A stretch of 64,000 bases of DNA from an uncultured Halothiobacillus sp. (GCA_964655215.1 CAZZMW010000011.1:13417-77416); one strand, 5' to 3'; shown: positions 39,391 to 49,254, counted from the first letter of the stretch. Translations and numbers: made by a program. Notes: generated by a model not told the origin, from the sequence alone.

Positions 39391-39819
39391 TTAATAGATC
39401 CCCCCCCTCCTTAGTGGAATGTCAGCCAGCGTGCATTGGTCGAGCTCTTCCAGAAATGCATTTAGTGCCCGCTGAAACACATGTTTTAGTTGGCAACTCG
39501 GCAGGATCTGGCAATTTTGTCTTTCAGGGGAGAAGCATTCCACTAAATTCCAGTGATTTTCCAGTGCGCGTACAACATCGCCTATACGAATCTCATTGCT
39601 TGGGCGGCTAAGCCTTAACCCGCCATTCTTCCCTCGTTTTGCTTCGACAAAATTTTGTTCTACCAGTGTGTTGATGACCTTCATCATATGGTTGCGCGAA
39701 ATACGATGAAATTCTGAGATCTCTCGAATTGTGAGGAGGCGCGGCGGGGTGCTCTTTTCCTCTTCCGCTAACAGGATGAGCGCACGCAGAGCGAAGTCGG
39801 TCTGTTGGTTGAGTTGCAT
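39391..39819 (-). CDS. nsrR: Rrf2-family NO-responsive repressor NsrR
   Basis: MQLNQQTDFALRALILLA... wHTH. Three C-terminal Cys (CFSPERQNCQILPSC). Palindromic boxes in the divergent promoter region, with nnrS nearby. Confidence 0.8.
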   Translation of the reverse strand: MQLNQQTDFALRALILLAEEEKSTPPRLLTIREISEFHRISRNHMMKVINTLVEQNFVEAKRGKNGGLRLSRPSNEIRIGDVVRALENHWNLVECFSPERQNCQILPSCQLKHVFQRALNAFLEELDQCTLADIPLRRGGIY

Positions 39820-39838
39820 ACAAAATTCCTGATCAAAC

Positions 39839-39861
39839 ATGATGCATTTTTCTTGCATCAT
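39839..39861. promoter_or_regulatory. inverted repeat, NsrR-type box A
   Basis: ATGATGCA-N7-TGCATCAT, perfect 8-bp arms, 20 nt upstream of the nsrR ATG. Confidence 0.5.
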
Positions 39862-39908
39862 AGCTGTGCCATGTGAAAACAACCAGTATTCTGCTTGCAA
39901 TGTTAAAT

Positions 39909-39927
39909 GATGCATATAATATGCATC
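39909..39927. promoter_or_regulatory. inverted repeat, NsrR-type box B
   Basis: GATGCATAT-A-ATATGCATC, perfect 9-1-9 palindrome containing the GATGCAT half-site typical of NsrR operators. Lies 41 nt upstream of the hemerythrin-like gene. Confidence 0.6.
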
Positions 39928-39967
39928 TATAAATGCAGATTTATGGCTCCAGCCGCAGGAGACGACG

Positions 39968-40372
39968 ATGAGAAGACATGCACAACTTCAGCCACTTTCT
40001 CGCTCACACCACCAGACTTTGCGTCTGGCCCGCCAGCTGAAGCAAGGGCAGTGGGATCTGACCGACCTGCGTGCGAAAAAAACAGATCTATCACGCCACT
40101 TCACCGAGGAAGAAGATTCATTTTCGAGCATGGTATATGGATTACCTGATACACATCCGATTATGGCGCAACTATCCCGCATGATCTTTGACCATATTGT
40201 GATTATGGCGATGATTTCGTGTATTGAGCACAGCAAGTCCATGAGAAATCCAGAACAGCTAGCCACCTTGGGGGCGTTGCTTTCCGAGCATATTGCCTTC
40301 GAAGAACGAGAGCTATTTCCTAGCCTTGAACAGTGTTGCTTGACTAATTCAGCATCTCACGGACTCATCTGA
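39968..40372 (+). CDS. hemerythrin-like (HHE cation-binding) domain protein
   Basis: SHHQTLRLAR and LSEHIAFEERELFPSLE resemble H/E metal-ligand helices of hemerythrin-like domains. The stop overlaps the nnrS start. Confidence 0.5.
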   Translation: MRRHAQLQPLSRSHHQTLRLARQLKQGQWDLTDLRAKKTDLSRHFTEEEDSFSSMVYGLPDTHPIMAQLSRMIFDHIVIMAMISCIEHSKSMRNPEQLATLGALLSEHIAFEERELFPSLEQCCLTNSASHGLI

Positions 40373-41565
40373 TGAAATCGCCCGTTTTGTTCAGTGTTGG
40401 ATTTCGGCCATGGTTCTTACTGTTCCTGGCCGGTGGCGGTCTGATGTTTACAGCTTGGGGATTATCTTGGCTGATTGCACCGATGAGCTTACACATTAAC
40501 CTTGAGTTACTGCCAGTGCTAATGGATTGGCGATGGCATGCCCATGAAATGATTTACGGGTTGGGGGTTGCTCTTCTTGCAGGCTTCCTGTTGACTGCGG
40601 TGCAAAACTGGACAGGTATAAAGCCTCTGCCGCCGATTGGGCTGCTTGCAACAAGTGTCGTATGGCTGTGCGCCCGTGGCGCTTTCATGATCTTTGGAAT
40701 GCATAGCGTATGGGCTTACCTGCTATCAATAACCCCAGAGGTGATTGTTGGTTCGGCCATTTTGACTGTCATTCTTCGTGCCAGACAATGGCACAACCTC
40801 TTATTTCCATTTTCTTTACTGCTTATGGCTTTATTGGATGGCTATTTTGGTGTCCATATCAATGAACCTGATTTACATGGGCAAGTCGCGATTATGGGGC
40901 TCTGGCCACTACTTGCCATCCTGTTATTTGTTTCGCAACGCATAATCCCGGCGTTTACTACCGGCCGTGCAGGCATACGTTCCAAGTCATTGGGAAAGTA
41001 TGCAGCCGTTATTTTTGGCGCAGGGCCCCTGGTGTTATTGCTTTTGAGCCTTATTCCGACATTTGTGGGTCATGAACTTCTATGGAGTATGGTTTCGACA
41101 GTGCTCATCCTGTTTGGCTGGTGGGGAATTTTTCGTTGGTGGCATGCAGTAGTACTTCGTGAACCGATGTTACTGGTGCTGTATGCGGGATTCGCACTGA
41201 CACTGACAGGCTTGATGATCATGACGCTGGATGTGTTGATTATTAAGCAGACAAACATGGCCGCAGCCTGGTGGGATGCAGGAATTCACGGTATGAGTCT
41301 CGGAATATTAGGTGTCCTGGGACCCGGAATGTTGTTGCGCGTGAGTGCGGGGCATAGCGGTCGTGTAATAGCCATGCCCACTTGGCTACGGGTTATTTTT
41401 ATCGCTACCCCGCTTATTTGGTTAGTACGCGTATTTGCACCAGCTTGGGGATTTAACCCCCTTATGCTCGGGGTGTCTGCTTGGGGTATGGCTGCTGTTT
41501 ATTTTTCGTTGTTAGTTGCTGTGGGGCCCTGGCTAGTACTACCGCGGGCCGATGGACGACCTTAG
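40372..41565 (+). CDS. nnrS: NnrS family heme/copper membrane protein
   Basis: FSVGFRPWFLL N-terminus, 12 TM segments and conserved His positions. Sits in NsrR context. Confidence 0.85.
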   Translation: MKSPVLFSVGFRPWFLLFLAGGGLMFTAWGLSWLIAPMSLHINLELLPVLMDWRWHAHEMIYGLGVALLAGFLLTAVQNWTGIKPLPPIGLLATSVVWLCARGAFMIFGMHSVWAYLLSITPEVIVGSAILTVILRARQWHNLLFPFSLLLMALLDGYFGVHINEPDLHGQVAIMGLWPLLAILLFVSQRIIPAFTTGRAGIRSKSLGKYAAVIFGAGPLVLLLLSLIPTFVGHELLWSMVSTVLILFGWWGIFRWWHAVVLREPMLLVLYAGFALTLTGLMIMTLDVLIIKQTNMAAAWWDAGIHGMSLGILGVLGPGMLLRVSAGHSGRVIAMPTWLRVIFIATPLIWLVRVFAPAWGFNPLMLGVSAWGMAAVYFSLLVAVGPWLVLPRADGRP

Positions 41566-41612
41566 CATTTTCAAAAAGTGGTTGATTGCCAAATTACAGA
41601 GAGGTTTATATC

Positions 41613-42035
41613 GTGAACGAATTTGATAATGAAAATAAAGATGATCAAAAAATTGCCAGTGCAGATTCGTCTCGCCGTGCGGCGAAATGGTTTAATTATG
41701 GAACTATAGTTGCGGCATTGATCCCCGTGCCATTATTTATTTTTTGGACCGGACTCTCGATGCTGATCTATGCACTAAACAAACATCACCCGAACCCAAT
41801 GGTTGGAAACTACACTCAAAAGGCGGCATACCGATTCTACGGCGTTGCGGGCGCTTCTGTCGCCGTTGCGGTCTTCTTCCCTCCACACATTGTTTACTAC
41901 CTCGTGGTTTGGGTGATTGCTGCCTTGATTCTCATTCCTACTTCGCTGAGGGATATTTACCTTATAAACCATGATTCATGGCACGATGTAACAATTGAGC
42001 CGCACAAACCATTTGCTGATTTTGAGCGTATTTGA
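41613..42035 (+). CDS. hypothetical membrane protein (3-4 TM)
   Basis: Hydrophobic segments. GTG start with GAGAGG SD. No family recognised. Confidence 0.4.
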   Translation: MNEFDNENKDDQKIASADSSRRAAKWFNYGTIVAALIPVPLFIFWTGLSMLIYALNKHHPNPMVGNYTQKAAYRFYGVAGASVAVAVFFPPHIVYYLVVWVIAALILIPTSLRDIYLINHDSWHDVTIEPHKPFADFERI

Positions 42036-42113
42036 ATTAATATGGAGTCAAATACGCACGCGATACAACTTCTGTAAGATTGAGACTGCTAAAAATTCAA
42101 CTTGAGACTAGCT

Positions 42114-42671
42114 ATGGCTAAACAATACTCTCGGCTTAAGCCGACTCACCTTGAATTTATTGAAAAACAAAAAATATATTTTGTTGCGTCTGCTACAGAG
42201 GAAAGCCGAGTGAATCTATCGCCGAAGGGGCTGGACACCCTCAAGGTTCTGAGCGATAACCGGTTAATTTGGTTGAATTTAACTGGGAGCGGCAATGAAA
42301 CTGCTGCCCATGTGTCATTGAATTCACGAATTACAATTATGTTTTGCGCCTTTGTCGGCAGCCCTCTCATTCTGCGAGTGTATGGAAATGCTCGAGTAGT
42401 CCATCCTTATAATGCGGAATGGGGGGAGTTACTGTCTCATTTTCCAAAGCAGCCAGGTCCTCGGCAAATTTTTGATGTCCAAATTGATCTTGTTCAGACT
42501 TCGTGTGGGTTCGGTGTGCCTTTGTTCGATTTGGTAGCAGACCGGGAAATGATCAACGATTGGGCAGAAGCCAAAGGTCCTGATGGTATCGAGGAATACT
42601 GGGTCAAGAAAAACCAGACGAGCATTGATGGCCTGCCGACCCACATTCTGACTAATTCCTCAGATGATTAA
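42114..42671 (+). CDS. pyridoxamine 5'-phosphate oxidase-family (FMN-binding split-barrel) protein
   Basis: HLEFIEKQKIYFVASATEESRVNLSPKG pattern. Confidence 0.7.
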   Translation: MAKQYSRLKPTHLEFIEKQKIYFVASATEESRVNLSPKGLDTLKVLSDNRLIWLNLTGSGNETAAHVSLNSRITIMFCAFVGSPLILRVYGNARVVHPYNAEWGELLSHFPKQPGPRQIFDVQIDLVQTSCGFGVPLFDLVADREMINDWAEAKGPDGIEEYWVKKNQTSIDGLPTHILTNSSDD

Positions 42672-42753
42672 CATGCATTGTGTGGCATTGGGCTTGTATC
42701 ACAAACAGAATGAGACTCCAGGGAAGTACTGCCTAGGTAACCCATCGGTTTTC

Positions 42754-43275
42754 TCATTTGCTTCGTACAGACAATGCATCCAGCCGGGCCTTAAGATCCG
42801 ATGGTGTGCAAACAGGGGTCAGAGACACTACGTTGCCTGATTGCAACCGTATCCAGTTCAGACAGCCTTTCTCCGGTTTAGTCAGCACCGGGGATTCCGG
42901 TGCTTCGCGTATCAAGGCCACAGAATATGGACGTTTCCGCAGTGCGGGCAGCGCAATCATTTTGCTAATCAGCCACGGCATACGATGAATATCTGAAAGG
43001 TAGACCAGATGATCTGCTTGCATCTGCTGCTTTCCAAATGCGGTCAACACAGGATCGGCCCATTCATCAACTTCCTTGGTATCTGTAAACACAATCACCG
43101 ATGCGGTGCCCGGCAAGGTAATGGGCATGTCATGCTGATCACGAATGTGCAGGCTAGGGAAAGAAGCACCCACTATCGCAGATGTTGATGGATTCACCGT
43201 TGTGGATGATTCCGCGAAAACCGGTGAACCCCCTAAGCTTATCAAGGCAATAAGTCCTATCAACAAATTCTGCAT
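42754..43275 (-). CDS. secreted hypothetical protein
   Basis: Signal peptide LIGLIALISLGGSPVFA. GAGGAA SD. No family recognised. Confidence 0.4.
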   Translation of the reverse strand: MQNLLIGLIALISLGGSPVFAESSTTVNPSTSAIVGASFPSLHIRDQHDMPITLPGTASVIVFTDTKEVDEWADPVLTAFGKQQMQADHLVYLSDIHRMPWLISKMIALPALRKRPYSVALIREAPESPVLTKPEKGCLNWIRLQSGNVVSLTPVCTPSDLKARLDALSVRSK

Positions 43276-43443
43276 ACACATTCCTCTGCGGTAGTTATGA
43301 AGTTAACTGATACCTGGCCCTCGGTAGCAGCTTCAGGTGGAAGAAGTGGGAAAGAGGGTGATCGCTCGGTTTCGTTCGTTTTCCTGATTTTATATTTTGG
43401 TTTGACCCGAACGAGCACACGTTTGAAATTTGCACAGTAAAAG

Positions 43444-44382
43444 TTATTTCAGATCTTCTTCATATCTTAAGATTTCAGCCGGTTTTGGCAAAATTGACTT
43501 GGCTGAATTGAGTACGAAATCGTGAAATGCTTGTGCAATGGGCGACATCCGCTTGCCCGTGCGATAAACCAGATACCATTTCTTCATGACCGGGAAGCCT
43601 TCGACATCGAGGATGGCAATCCGGTTCAGCGCCAGTTCCAATTCAAGCGCGTGCAGCGAGATGATCCCCAATCCCAACCCCGCCATGACGGAATGTTTGA
43701 CCGCTTCGTTTCGGCTCATTTCCATCGACGTGTTGAGTTGCATGTTGCGTTGTTCGAAGAAGTCTTCCACCGCGTTGCGCGTGCCTGAACCGCGCTCCCG
43801 AAGAATGAAGTTTTCTTCCATTAATCGACTGATGGGAATGTTCTTTTCCTTAGCCAAGGGGTGATCCGGGCGAGAAAAGACGACCAAAGGGTTGTTCATG
43901 AATTCCTGCGAACTCAATTCCAACGTATTGGGTGGTCGTCCCATGATCGCCATGTTTGGAATGTTTTCTTGCAACTCAACGAGAATCTCTTCGCGGTTCG
44001 TGACCTCAAGGTGGACTTTCGTGCCCGGGTGAAGCTTTACGAACTCAGCAAGGAGATACGGCGCAAAATATTTGCCTGTACTGGTGACGGAGAGTGACAA
44101 GTTGCCGCGTTTCACACCCTTCAAGTCATCAAAGACCGATTCAATGTCGCGAACCTGCTGCGCGATGCCGCGACTGAATTCGTACATTTCCTTTCCTGCT
44201 TCAGTCAGGTAGATCTTTTTTCCCAGTTGCTCGAAGAGCGGCAGGCCGACTTCTTGCTCCAGCTGTTTTATTTGAGTCGATACCGCGGGCTGAGTTAAGT
44301 GAAGCTCTTCAGATGCGCGTGTATAGCTGGCATTCCGGGCAACTGACTCCAATAAGCGCAGCTGGCGAAAGGTTATTTTCAT
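43444..44382 (-). CDS. LysR-family regulator, CbbR-like paralog 3 (divergent from csoS2)
   Basis: wHTH FRQLRLLESVARNASYTRASEELHLTQPAVSTQIKQLEQ. Shares a 148-bp control region with the carboxysome operon. Confidence 0.85.
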   Translation of the reverse strand: MKITFRQLRLLESVARNASYTRASEELHLTQPAVSTQIKQLEQEVGLPLFEQLGKKIYLTEAGKEMYEFSRGIAQQVRDIESVFDDLKGVKRGNLSLSVTSTGKYFAPYLLAEFVKLHPGTKVHLEVTNREEILVELQENIPNMAIMGRPPNTLELSSQEFMNNPLVVFSRPDHPLAKEKNIPISRLMEENFILRERGSGTRNAVEDFFEQRNMQLNTSMEMSRNEAVKHSVMAGLGLGIISLHALELELALNRIAILDVEGFPVMKKWYLVYRTGKRMSPIAQAFHDFVLNSAKSILPKPAEILRYEEDLK

Positions 44383-44530
44383 TGGCTTTTTCTTTGGTTG
44401 TTTAAGAATTCGTTCATTAGGTTTTCTGGATGATTACGGTAATTATTATTAATTATCAATATTGGTTCAGCCTCCGTATATTCCAAATCAAGGGCGGGTT
44501 CTGTGGACGCCCAATCCTAATGATTAACAG

Positions 44531-46399
44531 ATGAGCATAAGGAATCAATCCATGAACCAAGATAGTACAAGCACGAACTCAGAGAAACTCTCTAACCGTG
44601 ATGCCGCGTTGGCCCGGAGAAGAGCCCTGTCTCTTTACGGTAAAAAAGGCCTGCCAGCAGGCGAAGCAACGCGTAAACCCACCCCAAGCGCCAAGCCGAC
44701 CAGTGCCAGCAAGGTAGCAGAAACGTCTTCTGCTCCGGCACCCACGCCGGTTGCGACTCAGAACACCAGCACAGCTCCTGCTGGTGCCGAACCGCATGTT
44801 TGCAATTGCGGGACTCAAGCGACACACGAAGTCAAAACGACCGTGCTCGTATCCAATCCTGCCCCGATTTCCGCAGCACAGCAACGCCGGATCAATCAAT
44901 CGCTGCGTGGACGTGGGAACAATCCCCCGGCACGTCCTTGCGGCCGTGTCCCGCAGAAGGTCAATTTCGGCACAACGCTATCAGGCGCCCAGGTCAGCGG
45001 TAGTCAGCTTGAGCGGTCTGCTGTCACTACAGGCAACGAGTCCGGCAGCTGCCGCACGATCACCGGCACCGAGTACATCGGGGCGGAGCAATATAACGAG
45101 TTTTGCGGCACGAAACCATCACCATCTCCAGCGAAGGTCAGTTCGAGCAGCACAAGCCGCGGTGGCCGTGTAACGGGCACCGAGATTGGTCGCAGCCAGA
45201 AGGTTTCAGGTGACGAAACGGGCACTTGCTCACGCGTTACCGGGACCGAATATCTGGCCGCCGAACAAACCCGTACATTCTGTGGCACATCACCCGAGCC
45301 GCATCATGAAAAATCCGGCTTCGGCATGACTGCTCTGAAGAACAAGGTAAGCGGCACTGATTTGAATCGTGGCGTCGAGGTAACTGGCGGGGAAACCGGT
45401 GCGAACCGTGTCATCACCGGTAGCGATTACACCGATACCACCGCGTTGCGCCGTAAAACCGACGCTGCGCCGAAGAAAGTTGAAATCACCCACACCAGTG
45501 CGGGTGGCACAGTCAGCGGAACCGTCGTCGGTCGCTCTGCGAAAGTATCCGGTTCTGAGAAAGGTGCGTGCGAACGCATTACCGGCTCCGATTATTTGAG
45601 TAGCGAGGAATTCTCTTCCTTTTGCCGTGAGCAGCCGTATCAGCCGCCTGCGAAAGTAGGTGTATCACCCACACTCAACGGCCAAAACGTATCAGGTACG
45701 CAGCTGGGCCGCTCATACAGCGTGACTGGCGATGAATACGGCGCATGCAAACCCGTAACCGGCTCGTCCTATATCGGCGCGGATCAATACGCCGAGTTTT
45801 GCGCAGACCGAGAAGTCACTGAAGCGAGTAACCGTATGCAGCGTGCTCAGTACGTGATTCCGGCGAGTCGCCAATCGACGAACTCCACCGATGCGTCTAC
45901 GGATTCTGTTCGTAAAACTCAGTGTGGCGGCTTTTCAATCGTCTCACCTGCGCACTCGTCTCAAGACGCTGCCCAGCGGATTACCGGCAGTGCCTATGGT
46001 GGTACCGATCGAATCACCGGGTCACTCGCACGGGCCACCGGCAAGGTTTCCGGTACGCCTGAATTTCGTTACCGCGATGGCGTTCAATCCTCTGGTGAAG
46101 CCATGACAGAGGAGGCAAAGGAACGCGGCCCGGAGCGCATTACCGGTGACGGTCGCGAACGCAACGTCACAGGCGATGCCTGGGATCGTGGCGACCGAGT
46201 CACCGGTACTGAAGGTTTGTCGGCTGCACGTCGCAACCCGACCTGGCGTGGCGAGATGCGCCCTAGCGGTCCATCACGCAGTGCACGGGAATTCCGCAAG
46301 GCTGAACAGCCGGAAGCCAAGCCAAGTCGTGTCACGGGTTGCAGCGGCAGCAGCATGACGGGTGCCGCTGTCACGATGTCTGGCGGCGCGCGCGGCTAA
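44531..46399 (+). CDS. csoS2: carboxysome scaffold protein CsoS2 (start 44531 or 44552)
   Basis: N-terminal basic R..ALARRRALS..GKKG peptide. Repeated VSG....GR...V(T/S)G.E.G.C..(I/V)TG(T/S)(E/D)Y...E...FC middle repeats. C-terminal (R)ITG/VTG repeats. Followed by csoSCA. Confidence 0.9.
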   Translation: MSIRNQSMNQDSTSTNSEKLSNRDAALARRRALSLYGKKGLPAGEATRKPTPSAKPTSASKVAETSSAPAPTPVATQNTSTAPAGAEPHVCNCGTQATHEVKTTVLVSNPAPISAAQQRRINQSLRGRGNNPPARPCGRVPQKVNFGTTLSGAQVSGSQLERSAVTTGNESGSCRTITGTEYIGAEQYNEFCGTKPSPSPAKVSSSSTSRGGRVTGTEIGRSQKVSGDETGTCSRVTGTEYLAAEQTRTFCGTSPEPHHEKSGFGMTALKNKVSGTDLNRGVEVTGGETGANRVITGSDYTDTTALRRKTDAAPKKVEITHTSAGGTVSGTVVGRSAKVSGSEKGACERITGSDYLSSEEFSSFCREQPYQPPAKVGVSPTLNGQNVSGTQLGRSYSVTGDEYGACKPVTGSSYIGADQYAEFCADREVTEASNRMQRAQYVIPASRQSTNSTDASTDSVRKTQCGGFSIVSPAHSSQDAAQRITGSAYGGTDRITGSLARATGKVSGTPEFRYRDGVQSSGEAMTEEAKERGPERITGDGRERNVTGDAWDRGDRVTGTEGLSAARRNPTWRGEMRPSGPSRSAREFRKAEQPEAKPSRVTGCSGSSMTGAAVTMSGGARG

Positions 46400-46423
46400 C
46401 CAATTGATATTACGGAGCCCATT

Positions 46424-48010
46424 ATGGATACCCGCCATCGCCTGAAATGTCAGCCTAAGCCGAGAGCCCCGATCGGGTTGGCGACAACCGTTCGAGCAGA
46501 GACTGTCCAGCACAGTAGCATCCCGAGCTGGCCTCAGCGAGTCAGTTTCTGCCCGCCGGGTTTCGCCCAAGATCGAGACGGTGAGTGTGTCAGCACGCAG
46601 TGTGCTCCAGGCGCTCATCCTCTGGCTGACTTGAAGCAGAACGAGCGTCTTGCTGAGTATGAATGCCTTGTGAAAGCAAGCTTTTCAGACATCGTGCCGA
46701 CACTGAAGCAGATTGCTGCACTGCGGCAAGAGGCTGATTTCGAAACCCGCGCGCAGGAAATTGCACGTGTGCGTCTGGGCATCGATCTGGATGGGTCGGT
46801 TCTGGCCAATGCCTGGATCGCTCCGCTTGATATGAAAAAGCTCTACGGCAGCAGTGTGCTGAAGACGTTCTGCAAGCTGGCACAGGAAGATGTCCTGCAA
46901 CAAGACGGTTGCACCGAGGCCGAGGAAGTTATCCGCTTCTTCATCGAATGCGGCTTCCATGAAGTGAATGTCAGTGCCTGCGCTGATGGTCGGCTCAAAG
47001 GATTCATTAATTACATCCTGCGCCTGCCTCAGGAAGCGGTACCCCGGCATCAGTTCTACGCGGGCACGTCGTTCGATGTCGAGGTGAACGTCAAGCAGTG
47101 GACGGCGACGGAGTTGCGTCGTTTCCGAGAAGGTTTGCCGACGACCACTGATTCGGGAACCCGGTATCTCAAGATCGCTGCGTACCACTTCAGCGGTTCA
47201 GATCCTGACCATGAAGGGTGTGCCGCTCACGGGAGTTCGGATGCCAAGGCCATGCAGGCAGCGCTTGATCGGTTGCGTGCATTCAGCACAGCGATTCAAA
47301 ACGGGTTCTGCTGCGGGGCTTCGGTCGCCACGCTGTTGATTGGTGTAGACACTGACAACGATGCCATTCGTATTCATGTGCCTGATGCCAATGGCGACAT
47401 CAGTCTGGATTGCTACATCGACAACATGGCCTTGTATCAAGAGACGGCTCAACTGACCAAGCTCGAAGCACAGTGGAAACTGAATGCCATTGTTGAGGAA
47501 ACCGCGCGTCGGTTCCAACGGAGTGCGCCTGAAACAGGCATGCGTCGTCTGATCAAGCAGTTGCTTACCAACAACTTGTCCCAGATCGACTACGTCTGTC
47601 AGTACCACAACGGTCGTTATGAGGATATTGGCCACGCCGAGCGATTCATCAGTGTCGGTGACGGTTTTGAAGAAGTTCATTTACGCAACCTTGCCTACTT
47701 CAGCTTCATGCAGACGTTGGAAGAAGGGGCGGCGGACATGGACGTCGGTATCAAGATCTTCACTCGGTTGAACATCGCCAAGGGTTTGCCCGTACCGGTA
47801 GCCATTCACTACCGATACGACGACCAAGTGCCGGGCGCGAGAGAGCGGGCAGTGGCACGTTGCCATCGGGTCAAGGCAGCCATCGCGGCGCGCTATCCGG
47901 ATCTGATGCACGAGGGGTTGCTGGTTTTCGGCATGAGCGTGCAGGCAGAACAGTCCGGTAGCGCACTGGAAACCGTGTCAGATAACGACCAAAACAACCA
48001 GGCGCATTGA
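46424..48010 (+). CDS. csoSCA: carboxysomal carbonic anhydrase CsoSCA (CsoS3)
   Basis: VSACADGRLKG and YHFSGSDPDHEGCAAHGS Zn-ligand blocks. Collinear with the Halothiobacillus CsoSCA sequence as recalled. Confidence 0.92.
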   Translation: MDTRHRLKCQPKPRAPIGLATTVRAETVQHSSIPSWPQRVSFCPPGFAQDRDGECVSTQCAPGAHPLADLKQNERLAEYECLVKASFSDIVPTLKQIAALRQEADFETRAQEIARVRLGIDLDGSVLANAWIAPLDMKKLYGSSVLKTFCKLAQEDVLQQDGCTEAEEVIRFFIECGFHEVNVSACADGRLKGFINYILRLPQEAVPRHQFYAGTSFDVEVNVKQWTATELRRFREGLPTTTDSGTRYLKIAAYHFSGSDPDHEGCAAHGSSDAKAMQAALDRLRAFSTAIQNGFCCGASVATLLIGVDTDNDAIRIHVPDANGDISLDCYIDNMALYQETAQLTKLEAQWKLNAIVEETARRFQRSAPETGMRRLIKQLLTNNLSQIDYVCQYHNGRYEDIGHAERFISVGDGFEEVHLRNLAYFSFMQTLEEGAADMDVGIKIFTRLNIAKGLPVPVAIHYRYDDQVPGARERAVARCHRVKAAIAARYPDLMHEGLLVFGMSVQAEQSGSALETVSDNDQNNQAH

Positions 48011-48020
48011 GGGTTATGAA

Positions 48021-48272
48021 ATGAAAATCATGCGAGTGGAAAAAACGCTTGTTTCGACCAACCGCGTCCGTGAACTGGGTCACCGTCCTTTGCTGGTGGT
48101 TCGCGAAAAGAACGGTGGAACGCCCAGTGTCGCAGTCGACGCCATTGGTTGCATCCCGGGGGATTGGGTCATCTGTGTTGGAAGCTCCGCTGCACGCGAG
48201 GCTGCGGGTAGCAAGGAGTTCCCGAGTGACCTGACGATCGTTGGAATCATTGATCACTGGCAGGAGAGTTGA
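48021..48272 (+). CDS. csoS4A: carboxysome vertex (pentamer) protein CsoS4A
   Basis: 83-aa EutN/CcmL-type sequence in the canonical position. Confidence 0.88.
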   Translation: MKIMRVEKTLVSTNRVRELGHRPLLVVREKNGGTPSVAVDAIGCIPGDWVICVGSSAAREAAGSKEFPSDLTIVGIIDHWQES

Positions 48273-48273
48273 G

Positions 48274-48555
48274 ATGGAAATCATGTGTGTCATTTCCGAT
48301 CTGGTCGCATCACGCCGGATCCCTGGGCTCTCCAGCAGCTCGCTTCGGGTGCTTGCAGATATGAAAGGGAAGATCTCGGTGGCCGTCGATCCTGTCGGTG
48401 TGCCTGCGGGCAAATGGGTTTTTACCGCCGGGGGATCTGCTGCGCGAATCGCCACGGGCGACAAGAGCATCCTCACGGACTTAACCATATGCGGAATTAT
48501 CGATAACTGGAGTGCGGAGGAAACCATCATTAAAGCTTCTGAGAATGTTAATTAA
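48274..48555 (+). CDS. csoS4B: carboxysome vertex (pentamer) protein CsoS4B
   Basis: EutN/CcmL-type paralog. The ATG lies 1 nt after the csoS4A stop. Confidence 0.85.
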   Translation: MEIMCVISDLVASRRIPGLSSSSLRVLADMKGKISVAVDPVGVPAGKWVFTAGGSAARIATGDKSILTDLTICGIIDNWSAEETIIKASENVN

Positions 48556-48566
48556 CACTTTGTTTT

Positions 48567-49194
48567 TTAGGAGAAATAAAATGGCTACAGGTATTACAGG
48601 TATTGCTCTGGGCATGATTGAAACCCGCGGTCTGGTTCCTGCGATTGAAGCAGCGGACGCGATGACCAAAGCGGCAGAAGTTCGTCTGGTCGGTCGTCAG
48701 TTTGTCGGCGGCGGTTACGTCACCGTTCTGGTCCGTGGCGAAACCGGTGCGGTCAATGCGGCGGTTCGTGCCGGTGCCGATGCGTGCGAGCGCGTAGGTG
48801 ACGGTCTGGTTGCGGCGCACATCATTGCGCGCGTGCACAGCGAAGTTGAAAGCATTTTGCAGAACACCACTGCAGCTGCTTGATTTACTGAAATTAATTA
48901 CGTTTAGGTTAGGAGAAAGAAATGGCTACAGGTATTACAGGTATTGCTCTGGGCATGATTGAAACCCGCGGTCTGGTTCCTGCGATTGAAGCAGCGGACG
49001 CGATGACCAAAGCGGCAGAAGTTCGTCTGGTCGGTCGTCAGTTTGTCGGCGGCGGTTACGTCACCGTTCTGGTCCGTGGCGAAACCGGTGCGGTCAATGC
49101 GGCGGTTCGTGCTGGTGCCGATGCGTGCGAGCGCGTAGGTGACGGTCTGGTCGCTGCTCACATCATTGCGCGCGTGCACAGTGAAGTCGAGAGC
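48567..49194 (+). repeat. tandem duplication (341-bp period) comprising SD + csoS1
   Basis: The first 191 nt of the two ORFs are identical by direct comparison. A few synonymous or neighbouring changes follow, and the SD TTAGGAGAAA is shared. Confidence 0.9.
48581..48883 (+). CDS. csoS1: carboxysome shell hexamer protein CsoS1 (BMC-H), copy 1
   Basis: MATGITGIALGMIETRGLVPAIEAADAMTKAAEVRLVG... is the canonical BMC domain. TAGGAG SD. Confidence 0.93.
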   Translation: MATGITGIALGMIETRGLVPAIEAADAMTKAAEVRLVGRQFVGGGYVTVLVRGETGAVNAAVRAGADACERVGDGLVAAHIIARVHSEVESILQNTTAAA

Positions 49195-49254
49195 GTACTG
49201 TCTGCTGAAGGCAACGCCATCAACTGCACTATGATGAATCAAGCCATTCTCTAA
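48922..49254 (+). CDS. csoS1: carboxysome shell hexamer protein CsoS1 (BMC-H), copy 2, with C-terminal extension
   Basis: Same BMC domain with about 12 extra C-terminal residues (CsoS1B-like). Confidence 0.93.
   Translation: MATGITGIALGMIETRGLVPAIEAADAMTKAAEVRLVGRQFVGGGYVTVLVRGETGAVNAAVRAGADACERVGDGLVAAHIIARVHSEVESVLSAEGNAINCTMMNQAIL

Noticed and set aside
44639-44650. A6G run (GGT AAA AAA GGC) in csoS2 as a -1 programmed frameshift site like that reported for CsoS2A/B.
   Set aside because: The codon phase does not give an X XXY YYZ heptamer. The site is at codon ~37, far from the middle/C-terminal boundary where the known frameshift occurs. I could not find a convincing slippery heptamer by eye elsewhere.
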